Below are positions 43,241 to 58,114 of a stretch of 64,000 nt of DNA, piece by piece. The notes below the pieces were generated by a model. It ran no database searches. It was not told the origin of the DNA and was given only the letters and a program-made list of their open reading frames with translations. The DNA is from the human T2T-CHM13v2.0 reference genome, Homo sapiens. The stretch lies in assembly GCF_009914755.1 (NCBI RefSeq), contig NC_060941.1. One strand, 5' to 3'. Positions within the stretch are counted from its first letter, which is position 1; each line of letters opens with the position of its first letter. Both the position numbers and the translations under genes were made by a program.

Positions 43241-43989
43241 AACATAATTTTGTAAAATGGTTTTCTTGTTAAACACTTGAACCATCATTCTTGATCATCT
43301 GGTGTGTAGAAGACACTGTACTGGATACTACTGGTAGTAAGTAGAAGGCTGCATAAGACAGATCTGTGCTCTCAAGGAGATTTGTTATACATTATGAAAA
43401 TGAATTTATAGGTAATTCAAGTTAAAACTAAAATATCTTCACTTCTGAGAGAAGCTAAAATTTCAGAAGCTGCTAAGGGGCTTTGTTAGGATTAGGGGCT
43501 TTTCTCATTGCGTAACCAGGAATAAAAGACAGCCTTACTTTGAGAAGACCATAAACGGGTGAATGGATAAACAATTTGTGCCATGTTTATACAATGGAAA
43601 CACTACTTGGCAAGAAAGAACAGACTTGATACATGATGTGAATTAATCTCAAACTAATTATGCTGAAAGAAGTAGATAACCCCCCCATACAAAGTATATA
43701 TGTTTCTGGGTTTTGGCTATTACAACTAAACTGGCTATAAACATTTGTATACAATTCTTTATGTGTACATAGGCTTTCATTTCTCTTAGGTAAATACCTG
43801 TGCATGGAATGGCTGGGTCGCTTAGGGTATCTGTTTAAATAGTCATTTTTCTAATTATTGTAAATGTCACTTCTTTCTTATACTAGGTTTCTATATATGC
43901 TTGTGTTCATTTTTGTCTCTTGTCTGTGGATCTGCTTTGCACTGTATTAGCACTATTATATATACTGTTTTAATTTATGTGGCTTTATA

Positions 43990-44091
43990 ATATATCTAAT
44001 GCATATTTTGGGAAAATTTTTACCCTGTTGCTTTCCTATGGAATTGTTTCATATAAACACATTTTTAGTTTATTTGCATATTCTTCAAAAC
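43990..44091 (-). pseudogene. Pseudo-exon k: FEEYANKLKMCLY/NNSIGKQQGKNFPKI..., LRR
   Basis: catttttctttaatattcaaatatttag acceptor; LKMCLYxNNSI fits LxxLxLxxNxI after a 1-nt indel; the end is obscured by L1 sequence. Confidence 0.6.
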
Positions 44092-44524
44092 CTAAATATT
44101 TGAATATTAAAGAAAAATGTGGAAAACAGAAAATTTTCCTTTTATGATGAGATACAGTATTGTAAGACAGTTAGATTATGAGAATCTTGTCCTGTGTATG
44201 GGATTTGAGTCATCAGTGCTGAACTGTTGAAATAAGACTTGTCAAAAATGATACATTCAGATCCTTTTGGATAGGAAGTATAATTTTTCTTTTGTTCATA
44301 TTTAGAACCATTCTGAAAACACAGCTATGGATGAAATGATCTCTCTGTAACATTTTCTCTGTCACATTTTTATGTTGTAAGAGTATGTCTTTGCTTGCCA
44401 GTATACCTTGCCAGGGTTGAGTAATACCATTTTTAAAATATTTACCAACATGATAGATGATAAAAGTTAATATTTTTATTTTCACCTCTTTAGTTATTGC
44501 TAAGATTGAACATTTTTAATATAG

Positions 44525-44788
<264 letters not shown>

Positions 44789-44992
44789 TAGCCAGGATTG
44801 TCTTGATCTCCCAACCTCATGATCCACCCGCCTTGGCCTCCCAAAGTGCTGGGATTACAGGCGTGAGCCACTGCGCCCAGCCAGCCATGTCTATTTTTTT
44901 CTGTTGTAGTTAGTGTTTGTCTTAGGTCTGAGCTTATATTACATAATGAAAATGTTAGGGTACTCATCACAGCCCTTAAACTTTGTACTTAC

Positions 44993-45059
44993 AAGAGTTG
45001 TGAGAATGTGGACAAATAGAGATTGCTGAGTTGTAAGACTTTTAATAAATGATCTGTTG
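44993..45059 (-). pseudogene. Pseudo-exon j (67 nt): TDHLLKVLQLSNLYLSTFSQL, LRR
   Basis: T-rich tract ending aaacttag acceptor, perfect CTT|gtaagt donor, open frame with LxxLxLxxxxL. Confidence 0.7.
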
Positions 45060-45370
45060 CTAAGTTTAAAAAAGTAAAAAAGAACAGGAAGTTCTCAGCA
45101 CGACAGAAAATTTTAGCTGTGAGCCATTTGAAAGAAGGATTGGTTCTTGAACTGTTTTTGTTTAGCTAAGAGCCATTTTGGATAATTGGGTAGGTGCAAC
45201 TTTTATTTAAGAAAGAAGCTCATATGTCCCATTGTGCTTTATTAGTTATGGAATAATTATTTCTACAAAAAGAAAAAATTCAGAACCCTTTACTAAATTT
45301 TTGTGTTAAAATAAATTTATTATTGAAGGAAGGTAATTTAATAATATAAATAATGGTCTAGTACCTATAC

Positions 45371-46135
<765 letters not shown>

Positions 46136-46257
46136 CTACACAGAACAATGAAGGGAGAAAAAAACTAAGAAATCTAGTTGCAATGTTTTTCTTAATTCTG
46201 CAGTTTATGGTGCCTATACTTTGACCACTTTTTTTTTTTTTTTTTTTTTTGAGATAG

Positions 46258-46359
<102 letters not shown>

Positions 46360-47051
46360 TAGCTGGGACTACAGGCGCGCGCCACCATGCCCAACTAATT
46401 TTTTTTGTATTTTTAGTAGAGGCGAGGTTTTACCACGTTGGCAAGGCTGGTCTTGAACTCTTGACCTCAGGTGATCTGCCCTCCTCGACCTCCCAAAGTG
46501 CTGGGATTACAGGCATGAGCCACCGTACCCGGCCAATGACCACATTTTTACCCCTTATAATGTGTATGTGTGTGTGTGCGTGTGTGCGAAGTATTGTTTT
46601 ATGTTATTTGTGATTGTAAAATAGACCAGTCACTTTCTTCCCTTTTTTGTGGGTTCCTTTCTTATTTGGAATTAAAGCTAACTGGAACCTACTAACTCTT
46701 AAGACATAAATTTAAATGTTGACCAAATATGGCTGCTTTCCTACTAGATTATAATCTTTTTGTAGCACCTAGCCTAAGTGCTGTACACATATTAGGCTGT
46801 CAGCATGTTTACTGAATTAAGTTAAAACATTTGGAAGGAGCTACTGCTTCAGGTTTTTGAAAAGGTATTTTCCTGAGATTTTGATAAAGAACCTATCTTG
46901 AAATATTAGTGTGTTTTTTGTACTTTTAGAACAGTTCTAATGTTTGCATTTGAACCTATTTGTTTATAAGTTGATTTTTTTTCCTTCGAGATAAAGTGCC
47001 TTATAGGAAGTAAATTTTGTCTCCCTAAATTTAAAACTAACGATTTTATTA

Positions 47052-47372
<321 letters not shown>

Positions 47373-48199
47373 TTAAGGAATATTCTCCTGTGTTACACTG
47401 CAAACTGGTCCTCAGGCATAGAATTAAAATAATTGTCTACCTACTAATTTTGAAATGAGTCAATGACTTTATTGTGTGGTTTGGTCACATTCAGCCTTAA
47501 TCTTTTTTTAAACAGCTGTTTTTCCCTAGATAACTTGTAAGCTAATATATTTTGTGGCAAGAACGAAATGTTTTTGCGATATTTATACTAAGCAAAATAC
47601 AAAATACCCTTGAAAGTAATGCTGGTAGAAAAGAGCCAATCTCAAAACGATATACTGCATAATTCAATTTATTTAACATTCATCAAACACAGAGATAATG
47701 GTTGCCAGGGATTAGAGATGGAGGAGGAAGGATGAGTATGGCTTATAAAGGAGTAGTGCAAGAAGTATTGTGGTGACTAGTACAATTAAGTATCTTGATT
47801 ACGGTGATAGTTACTTGAAGCTCTGTGTTATAAAATGGCATAGGACTATGCACATACATGCACAGATGTGTATGTGTAAAAATGGTGAAATCTGAATAAG
47901 CAGTGTGGGTGTACCAGTGTCAGTTCCCTGGTGTTGATATTGTACTCTATGCAACTTACTAACATTGGGAGAGGTTAGGTAAAGGGTACACAGTACTTAA
48001 CTGTACATTTCTTTGAAGTTTAAAAATACGCTTTTTAAAACAAGCACTTCCCCTTCTCACCCCAAACCAGGACAATTATTAGAGACAAACGTCTGTTCAT
48101 TTGGTGTGTCCTTGTATCTTGCCATTTGATTATAGCAGCACAGCAGAGGATACCCTCAAAGGAGAATACTCCCTAGTCTACTCATGTTTTGGGGGCAGT

Positions 48200-48348
48200 G
48201 TATTTTTGTTTATGAATTAGTTCCTACTAAAGCCACTATCAGTTCTAGAAAACCCATTTCTAGTTACGCTATAGCTCCCATGGCTAATTAAGGATTCAAA
48301 TGTATGCATCCTCCATTTTCCTGTTTATGGACATACTGAATATAAAAC
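48200..48348 (-). pseudogene. Pseudo-exon h (3' end uncertain): FYIQYVHKQENGGCIHLNP*LAMGAIA*LEMGFLELIVALVG
   Basis: ttttcttttgtgttgattctttaag acceptor closes a well-formed 119-nt intron (48349-48467). Confidence 0.55.
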
Positions 48349-48467
48349 CTTAAAGAATCAACACAAAAGAAAACATATACAGCCTTTTAAATATTCAGCA
48401 GAATAGATTTTTCTAATTCAGTGGATGGAAATATATTAATGTCACTTCAAATAAATACCAACCTTAC

Positions 48468-48525
48468 ATTTTATTAAGCACACTGATAAATATACTATAA
48501 AGAGGAATATTGTTTGCATGCTTTT
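48468..48525 (-). pseudogene. Pseudo-exon g (58 nt): (Q)KHANNIPLYSIFISVLNK(M)
   Basis: ttttttttttcttggattattcaccag acceptor, AAT|gtaagg donor, phase 1-2, consistent with both neighbours. Confidence 0.62.
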
Positions 48526-48897
48526 CTGGTGAATAATCCAAGAAAAAAAAAAGTACAGCTACTGTGTTCTCATAACTTAGTTTTGATTTGTTTAAATATA
48601 AGCATTTCTTCAGCCATATATTTTTAAACAGGAACATGATAATAACAAAAATGGTAGCTAACCTTTGTGAGGTAGGTACTAATATATAGAGGAGGAAACT
48701 GAAACAGGAAGAAATTAACATACCTAGAATAACAAGCTAGCAAGAGAGAGAACAGTTGTAGACTGTTTCTGAGTCTACACTTGTGAACGTTATTTTGTAA
48801 GTTCTCCTCATGCTGTACAGTATAGGAACACTGAAGTTAGAGATTAATAATCTTTGCAGTTATTATATAAGTTTTGTTTTATTCACAGGGCACTTAT

Positions 48898-49056
48898 GAA
48901 ATCTATTTTTTCTCTTGCTGAGTTCAATAAGATCAACCCTTCCCTGATTTATGGCAAGAGGATCTGCTTTTGTGATATTTACCTTCTTGAGTATCCTTTC
49001 TTTTTATGAAAACCAGACTAAATTAAAAGTTCTCTTAAAATTTGTGTTAGTATTTG
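48898..49056 (-). pseudogene. Pseudo-exon f: QILRELLI*SGFHKKKGYSRR/VNITKADPLAINQGRVDLIELSKRKNRF, last LRR plus LRR-cap
   Basis: With one 1-nt indel it fits the LRR-cap pattern Y-R-x(n)-L-x-x-L-D-x-x-x-I-x-x-x-E. The donor is mutated (TTC|ATaagt), and the 5' side abuts an L1MA insertion. Confidence 0.68.
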
Positions 49057-49060
49057 AAAA

Positions 49061-49810
<750 letters not shown>

Positions 49811-49896
49811 CTGTATTAGTATTTTAAGGATACCACTAAAAACGTAAAAAGACTTGACCTTTAAAAACATAAGATCTGGCCGGGCACGGTGGCTCA

Positions 49897-50189
<293 letters not shown>

Positions 50190-50490
50190 TTAATTGTAGT
50201 AGTTTTTTTTCTCACACATAAATATATGTATTTAAGATATTTGTTAAAAAGAAAAATATTTTCCCATTCATGATATGACTACAATGTATCTGAAGGAATC
50301 TGTTTTTCATTGATACTATGGAGTAGATGTAGAAACAGTACTTAAAATATCAAATACTAAATAGACTCGTTTTTCCTTTAATGTTAATAACATTCTGTGT
50401 TTTCATTTTATGTGACTTTCCACTCTAATGGTCAACAGTACATGTACAGTTATAATAATACTTATGTTACTCTAGTAGATGGAATCATAC

Positions 50491-50671
50491 CTCAGCTTTA
50501 CGTTTTCAGAGGAATCATCTCAGTTGGTGAATTTCCAATAATAGCAACATAGGACACCGTTCAATATTATAAAGTTTAAATCAGATTTATGCTATAGGCT
50601 ATTTGTACCTTTCCATGCCTTTTAATTCTGTGTTGTCTTGAGACATTTCAGTGTATATCCAGTACTGGTGT
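50491..50671 (-). pseudogene. Pseudo-exon e (181 nt): HQYWIYTEMSQDNTELKGMERYK*PIA*I*FKLYNIERCPMLLLLEIHQLR*FL*KRKAE, about 3 decayed LRRs
   Basis: GAG|gtatga donor; ancestral acceptor tttcctttAA (mutated), with an extant AG 7 nt further in. One frame carries TELKGME and KLYNIERCPMLLLLEIH, which fit the SDS22 LRR register. Confidence 0.72.
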
Positions 50672-50816
50672 TTAAAGGAAAGTTATTAAAGTTTGGAATA
50701 AGAGTACCTGAATTGGAATCTTGCTTTGCCATTCACCAGCTGTTTGTCCTTAAATTCTCTCAGGTAATCTGTAGCCTTAACAATTAAAGGTGACTTCTAT
50801 ATGTCATTTAGCTTAC

Positions 50817-50918
50817 TTATCCATTATTTCTGAAGTTGTTAGGATTATTGTAACTACTGTTGTTGTTACTATTTTTAGATTAATATATTTCCTTTCTGGA
50901 TTTCCATTTAAAATATAT
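50817..50918 (-). pseudogene. Pseudo-exon d (102 nt): (D)IF*ME/NPERKYINLKIVT../SYNN/LTTSEIMDK, SDS22-like LRR
   Basis: TAA|gtaagc donor; acceptor appears mutated (gattctttAA); LRR consensus recoverable with small indels. Confidence 0.65.
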
Positions 50919-51090
50919 TTAAAGAATCATAAAAATTAAACACAAGCAACATCCTTTTATATTCTGCACAGTTCTTAGCAGAATTATAGATTCAAAAAAG
51001 ACACACAGAATAGGCCACAATACATGTGCCAATTTTTGTTCTCAATCTTAAAATTACATAGTATAATTATTATGGTTATCTGAAAACAAT

Positions 51091-51174
51091 CACGTTGTGC
51101 ACATGTACCCTAAAACTTAAAGTATAATAATAATAATAATAGTAATAATAATAATAATAAATAAAATAAAATAA
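51091..51174 (+). mobile_element. Extremely 5'-truncated L1PA stub with a (TAA)n/A-rich tail
   Basis: cacgttgtgcacatgtaccctaaaacttaaagtataataa matches the L1PA terminal sequence. Confidence 0.85.
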
Positions 51175-51408
51175 GTATCTGCTCTTTTATGAGGAAATTG
51201 TTTTTAATTGTAGTAGTTATTTTTCAGTCTGATCTGAATCTAGATGAGTTTTTTATGTTATATAGAAGATCATTTTATATATTTTTATATAGGGTTACTA
51301 TTACAGAAAAAAGTAAAAGTTTTACTGCTACTCTTTTAAGCTTTTTGTATTTGTTTAAACAGGTTTTTGGCATTTAATCGTCATCCTTAGTGGTAATTGT
51401 TAAAGTAC

Positions 51409-51510
51409 CTTTATTTAGAAAATTGAGAATCAAATGACCTTCAAAAGATCATCAGTTTTTCCTGACTTTTTCAGGTTAGGTTCAGAGTTATCCACTGATG
51501 CTGTTGAATT
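51409..51510 (-). pseudogene. Pseudo-exon c (102 nt): ...DDLLKV/HLILNFLNK, start of the first LRR
   Basis: cttatatccctag acceptor, AAG|gtactt donor, phase 1-1; internal stops or indels. Confidence 0.62.
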
Positions 51511-51571
51511 CTAGGGATATAAGTTTGTGAATAGAATATGTAAAACTATTGCACTCCTTCCATTATGTTAC

Positions 51572-51632
51572 CTTCCTGTGTAAGTAGTAACAGCTTGTTT
51601 TTTCAACGGTCATACTTCATTCTTCTAAACAG
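51572..51632 (-). pseudogene. Pseudo-exon b (61 nt): LFRRMKYDR*KNKLLLLTQE
   Basis: ttttgtttctatgttcatag acceptor, AAG|gtaaca donor; ends in phase 1, matching the next exon. Confidence 0.55.
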
Positions 51633-51716
51633 CTATGAACATAGAAACAAAATCTTTTGAGGTGTCTCAAAATAGATATAGTCTACATTGGAAAGGCCTT
51701 TCTCAGTCTGCTTATT

Positions 51717-51893
51717 CTATATTTTATAAAAGTCTGGAAAGGTATAGCCTTGTGTTTTTCTTTCCCAAGTTTTCTTTTTAAAAGTTATTTTATTTCTCTG
51801 AGAATCTTCCATAACAACCAAGTTACATAGTTTAGATTGAAGCATCCAGTTTGAAAGGCAGCAGGTAAACTCTGACAGATTAAAGGTGACAGA
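51717..51893 (-). pseudogene. Putative pseudo-exon a of the nested antisense LRR gene (3' boundary uncertain)
   Basis: About 45-nt pyrimidine tract (gttttcctcttttacttgcttttattttttcctatctcctccttcag) on the - strand; open frame SVTFNLSEFTCC...FPDFYKI* (part of ORF 51717..52004). Confidence 0.45.
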
Positions 51894-52749
51894 CTGAAGG
51901 AGGAGATAGGAAAAAATAAAAGCAAGTAAAAGAGGAAAACATCCAGCATTTGGAGATGTAATCTTCTCAGTCAGTCCTGAAGACATCATTAACTCAGTGG
52001 TCAAGAAAAATATTTTTCATTCATACTAATCAGAAATACAGACATGAAAATACATTGGAAATATTAACTATTACTTTCAGTTTTGGTATTTAAAATTGAT
52101 ATTCTAGTGAATGAAAGTTTCATATTACATGTAACAGAAATTTGGATTAAATCAGTAATACATGTAATACACAACTAGTATACTTAGCATAGCACCTAGC
52201 TCAATAAATGTTAGCAGCTATTACTGTTTTTGTTATCAACATCTTTCCCCCAGTTAGTCAGTTTACCATCACCTAAAATGTCTTTAGTTCTTTGCATACT
52301 TATTTAATTTTTTAAATATGTATTATATGACCTTTGTGTATTAAATTGATTTGTCTGTGGTCATAGAGAACTATTTTGTTCTGGTTATTACCATGAAAAA
52401 AAAAAAGCACCAATTGCTGGTACAATACAACTGAAGATAGCAAGTGTTAATAGGCTGGACTACTATAATTCTAGAGCTGAGGATTTTGTGTACATATATA
52501 TATTTAAAACTTACACATATGTTTTTATGTATATTTAAGACTTCGTTTTTTTTTAAACAGCAGTTTTAGACTGACAGCAAAATTGAGAGGGACAGAGATA
52601 ACCCATGTAGCCCTTGCCCCCACAAATGAAAGAATTAAAAATGCATCAGTAGCTTTATTTTGGCTTTTTTAAAAAGATGTAATTCACATAGCATAAAATT
52701 CATGCTTTTATACAATTCAGTGTCAGTATATTTGCAAATCCTGATACTT

Positions 52750-53575
52750 GAAAAAAATTAATTGTGCATATTAAGGTATATAACAATTATGGGATATAGA
52801 TGGTAAAAAGTTTACTACAGTAAAGCAAATTAACATGTCCATTATCTTACATACTTTTTTTGTTTCTGTGGCAAGAGCAGCTACAATTTACTCATTTAGC
52901 ATGAATACCATATATAGTACAATTTTATTACCTATTGTCCTCATGTGGTACATTAGATCTCTAGACTTGTTCATCTTGTTACATACCTACCTCTTCCCAT
53001 TTCCTCTCACCCCACCCCTAGTAACCATTGTTTTTAAGTTCTTTATCTCTGTGAGAGATTCCACTTACAAATGATGTCAGGTACTATTTTTCTTTTTGTG
53101 TCTGGCTTACCATGTAGCATAATGTCCTCCAGGCCCATTCATATTGTGGCAAATGGCAAGATCTCCTTTTTAAAGGCTGAATAATACTCCATCATACATA
53201 TTTACCACAGTTTCTTTATCCATTCATTTGTCAATGAACAGGTAGATTGTTTCCATACCTGGCTATTGCAAATAATGCTGCAATGAACATGGGAGTGAAG
53301 CTACCTTTACCAGGTGGTGATTTCATTTCCTTTGGCTATATGCCAAGAGGGATTGCTAGGCTGTATGGTAGTTCTATTTTTAATTTGTTTATAAACCTCC
53401 ATACTGTTTTCCATATTGACTGTACCAGCCTACATCTGCACCAGCAGTATATAAGAATTCCCTTTTCTGGCACCCATGCTAACCTTTATTATTTTTTGAC
53501 TTTTTTAGAATAGCCATTCTAACAGGTGTGAGGTGTTATCTCTTAGTGGTTCTGATTTACATTTCCCTGATGATT
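52750..53575 (-). mobile_element. L1M (MA/MB) 3' fragment
   Basis: Typical antisense L1 3' UTR/ORF2-end motifs (gctattgcaaataatgctgcaatgaacatggg). Confidence 0.75.
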
Positions 53576-53771
53576 AAAGCCTGTACTATTAAGGAAACAT
53601 ATTTTTCTTAAGTATTTTTTTTTCTTAGCTGTATGTAATCTTTAGTTTTGCCCATGTGATGACTACTTCCTATCTTCCTCTTGCATTCTTTTACATTTTT
53701 ATTCTCTTTGATTCTGGTCTAATGTCATATCTCTTTTGGAAAGGGATTCTTGATTCCTCATATACATTTAG

Positions 53772-54092
<321 letters not shown>

Positions 54093-54095
54093 TGA

Positions 54096-54236
<141 letters not shown>

Positions 54237-54481
54237 TAAGACTGAGACTGTTCTTGCTTTTTCACTATCCTCAGGACCTAAACATGCTTTTTGGTACATA
54301 GTTTTTGATTATTGCCACGAATAGTTGCTGCTGTCCCTAAGCCTTAAACATAAACCGAGAGCTTGATACACTATATTGAGTGGTGAATATTAAAATAGTT
54401 TGCTTTTTGTAAGCTGGGAATCATACCATTTTAGTGTTGGAAGGTACCTGAAATATTATCTAGACCAGTCTTTCCCCATTT

Positions 54482-54483
<2 letters not shown>

Positions 54484-54572
<89 letters not shown>
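54484..54572. repeat. Compound (CA)n(CT)n microsatellite
   Basis: Direct sequence. Confidence 0.95.
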
Positions 54573-54575
<3 letters not shown>

Positions 54576-54830
54576 TGTTCACATGAAGCAAATTGAAATC
54601 TGTAAAGGTTGAATGACAGTAGTGAATTTAGGACTAAAAATTCATGTTTACTCATCTTTTCCTGTACCATTCTATTTTCTCTGATACCTTATAATCTATT
54701 CTGAGGATTTACAATGCAAATTCATTTATTTCCTGAAGTTTAGGGAAAAAACCCTGAAAATGTTAGTTTAATTTGTATTATTATCTTTTTACTTTTAACT
54801 ATAAGTAAGGCACCATTGCCAACCAGAAAA

Positions 54831-55045
54831 CAGGTTGAGCATCCCAAATCTGAAAATCAAAAATCCTAAATGTTCTAAAATCTAAAACTTTTTTGAGCAC
54901 TAATGTGAAGCTCAAATGAAATGCTCATTGGAGCATCAGATATCAGATCTTCAGATTTGGGGTGCTGAACCAGTAAGTATTTTAAAAATCTGAAATACAA
55001 AACACTTCTGGTCCCATGTATTTTAGATAGGGGACGCTCGTACTG
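54831..55045. mobile_element. Tigger4/MER46-like element just upstream of exon 3
   Basis: caggttgagcatcccaaatctgaaaatc terminus and family-typical interior. Confidence 0.75.
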
Positions 55046-55098
55046 GAAAAGAAATTTTAAATTTGTTTAAAAAGTGACAATATATTTCTGTTTTACAG

Positions 55099-55155
55099 AC
55101 CTCTGTGAGTGAAAGCCTTCAGAGGGAAGCTGCTAAGAAGCAGGCCATGAAACAG
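55099..55155 (+). CDS. NSRP1: NSRP1 coding exon 3 (57 nt): TSVSESLQREAAKKQAMKQ
   Basis: tttctgttttacag acceptor, CAG|gtaagg donor, phase 0-0, continuous with exons 2 and 4. Confidence 0.95.
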
Positions 55156-55515
55156 GTAAGGTAGAAGACTGGGATAAGTGCATTCAGTGAAGCATTCCGG
55201 CTCATTTTTAAGCATCAGTTTTGGTATCTAGGTGCTGAGACTAAAACAGAATAGATTTAAGGAAAAACACAATGAAGAATTAGCTCCTTATTGCTGTGCT
55301 ATAGATTAAACCAGTTCTGCTTGTAGATGACTCATTAGTCTAATAATGGATTGTTTGGCCTGTTGTTATTATTAAATTCTTGCTAGTGAGCTTACTTGCA
55401 GGGAAAAAAAAAACCTTTTCACAACCAAAATGGTTTCACAAACTTATAATTATTTGAAACTCATCTGCCCAGAAAGAAGAATATCAGAGATAGATACAAA
55501 TATATAGATATATAG

Positions 55516-55779
<264 letters not shown>

Positions 55780-57931
55780 TGAAGTGCTGGGATTACAGGC
55801 GTGAGCCACCGTGCGCGGCCTGATAATTTTTAAAAGACGTGCTTGTTTCCAAGTGCTTTTTACATACATTTATCTTTTACAGTTCTCACAAACTTGCCCA
55901 TAGTACTGATTAAGAAATCTGAAACTCAAAAAGGATAAAGTGCTCCTTAAGATCATACTATTAATTATCGAACTAGGCCTGAAGGTTTACTAATTTTTCT
56001 GCTATTGTAGACTAGTATATCTTAGATTTTCTGCTATAGAATGTAATGAAATTAAACAATAGCGAGGTGCCTTTGTTTTTCATTTTGAATTATTTATCCT
56101 CTCCATTAGCTTTATAATTTTTGGTCCTATTTCCTCTTTGTCTAACTGGAAACCTGCATAAAGATAAGTTTATTAAGCACTTTCTATGTGCCAGGCATCA
56201 TGACAACTATGTTTTAAGAATGATCTTTAATTCTTACAATAATTCTATGAGATAGATGCTTTTATAATCCTTATTTTATAGTTAAGGAAATGAAGGCAAG
56301 AAGAATTTATGTGACTTGCATGAGACCACATAGTTAATAAATGGTAGGGCTGTGTTCAAAACTAGACAGTGAAACCTCAGAACCTAGGCTTTTAACCACT
56401 GTGTTTCACACCCTCCCGGACGAATTGGCACAGAAGGATATATTTAGTCATTTTAAGATAATGTCAGAGTTTCACAGTGAAATATAATGTGTAACTCAGC
56501 AGCCTCAGAATGATTTAATATACACATAAAACATAAAAAACAGTGATTATTTAACATAAATACTGGAGTGCTTTGAGTCAGAATTTTGGAGATACCATTA
56601 AGTTCAACTTCCTCACTATATAAATGGGAGACTTAGTTCTGGAGAGTTGGGTAACTTATCCAAGGTAATACAGGTATCTTGTTTTCCAGGATTATTTTAA
56701 CATTTTTGTGCTGCCTTTTTTTCTTCACTTAAAGCATGAATCCCAAATCTGATTTTATTCTTAACTCTGTCTTGTTCAAGCCACTTTATCTGTTTAGTGG
56801 GACTTTTTGTAGTTTGCTTGGAAATTAGGAATGCTGCTACAACTCTTACACCTTTCACCTGCTTTCTGCTGATTTTTTCTCGCACCTATATTACATACTT
56901 TTCCCTTTGTTCCCCACTTGATTGATTCAGCTCATCGAATGTCTTTATCCATACGAATTGAAATTATTTTTCATTTTACTATGAAGAATACTAGCTTGAT
57001 TGCATTTACTAAATCTTAGAGAAAATGCTTTTTAAAATGGGGTACTTTAAACTATTTTTTTCTTCTATGTGGACCTCAAGTTTACAGAACTGATGATGGC
57101 AACATTATTGTCATATTCCGTTTCATTGGGAAAACTTTCAGTATGTCATCAGTAAATAAAACATTTGCTGTAGGTCTCTGATAGATATTTGTTGCTAATC
57201 TAAGGAAATTATTTTCTTAGTTGGAGGGTTTTGTTGTTTGTTTATTTGTTTAAATGGTGAACTACATACAAAAAGGATACTGCTTCATGACCATGTTGGT
57301 TTTATACCAATAATGTAAAGTCAGCTTAACTTTAGAAAATCAATCATTGTAACTTCACATAAGTGGTATAAACTTAACATAAGCATAAAATGTTATCATT
57401 TTCATATATTGTTGCATTTGGCTTACTAAAGCTTCATTAAGAGTTTTTAAGTATTGAAGATTTTTGCATCATAAGTGAGACTGGGCAGAATAGGATGGTT
57501 TCCTTTTCTTTCGCTGCAATTATCTAGATTGAAAAAGTCTGATAATACCAAGGTTTGGCGAGCCTTATACAATGAGCTAATATGATACTATATACATTTT
57601 GTTTGTTTCTACTTCATTTTCTGTCCTGACAGATCAGTGTGTTCTTCATTCTGTTTTCTTTGGGTTTATTTTGTTATTTTTCTAACTTTTTGAGATTGCT
57701 GCATAGCTCTGTTTTCTGTTCTCTTTTCTAATATATGCATTTAAGGCTATATGTTTCCCTCTAAGTACTTCTGTAGCTGTATCTTACAGATTTTGATAGG
57801 CAGTATTTTTGTTGTTTCATGCAAAACATTTTCTGATTTGCATTATGATTTCTTGTTTGACCCATCTATTATTAATTTCTGAACATAACGGAGGTTTTTG
57901 ATTACCTTTTTGTTATTCATTCCTAATGTGA

Positions 57932-58114
<183 letters not shown>

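Noticed and set aside
48200-48348. Alternative frame ending TRNGFSRTDSGF, resembling the CFAP276 C-terminus
   Set aside because: That frame needs several stops in the preceding exon, whereas the phase-consistent chain uses a different frame; likely coincidence.
48991-48999. GTATCCTTT, a perfect U12 5' splice-site motif
   Set aside because: No partner + strand exon or U12 branch site seen. It is the reverse complement of the KGY codons in pseudo-exon f, and similar motifs near 19741 and 39516 lie in L1.
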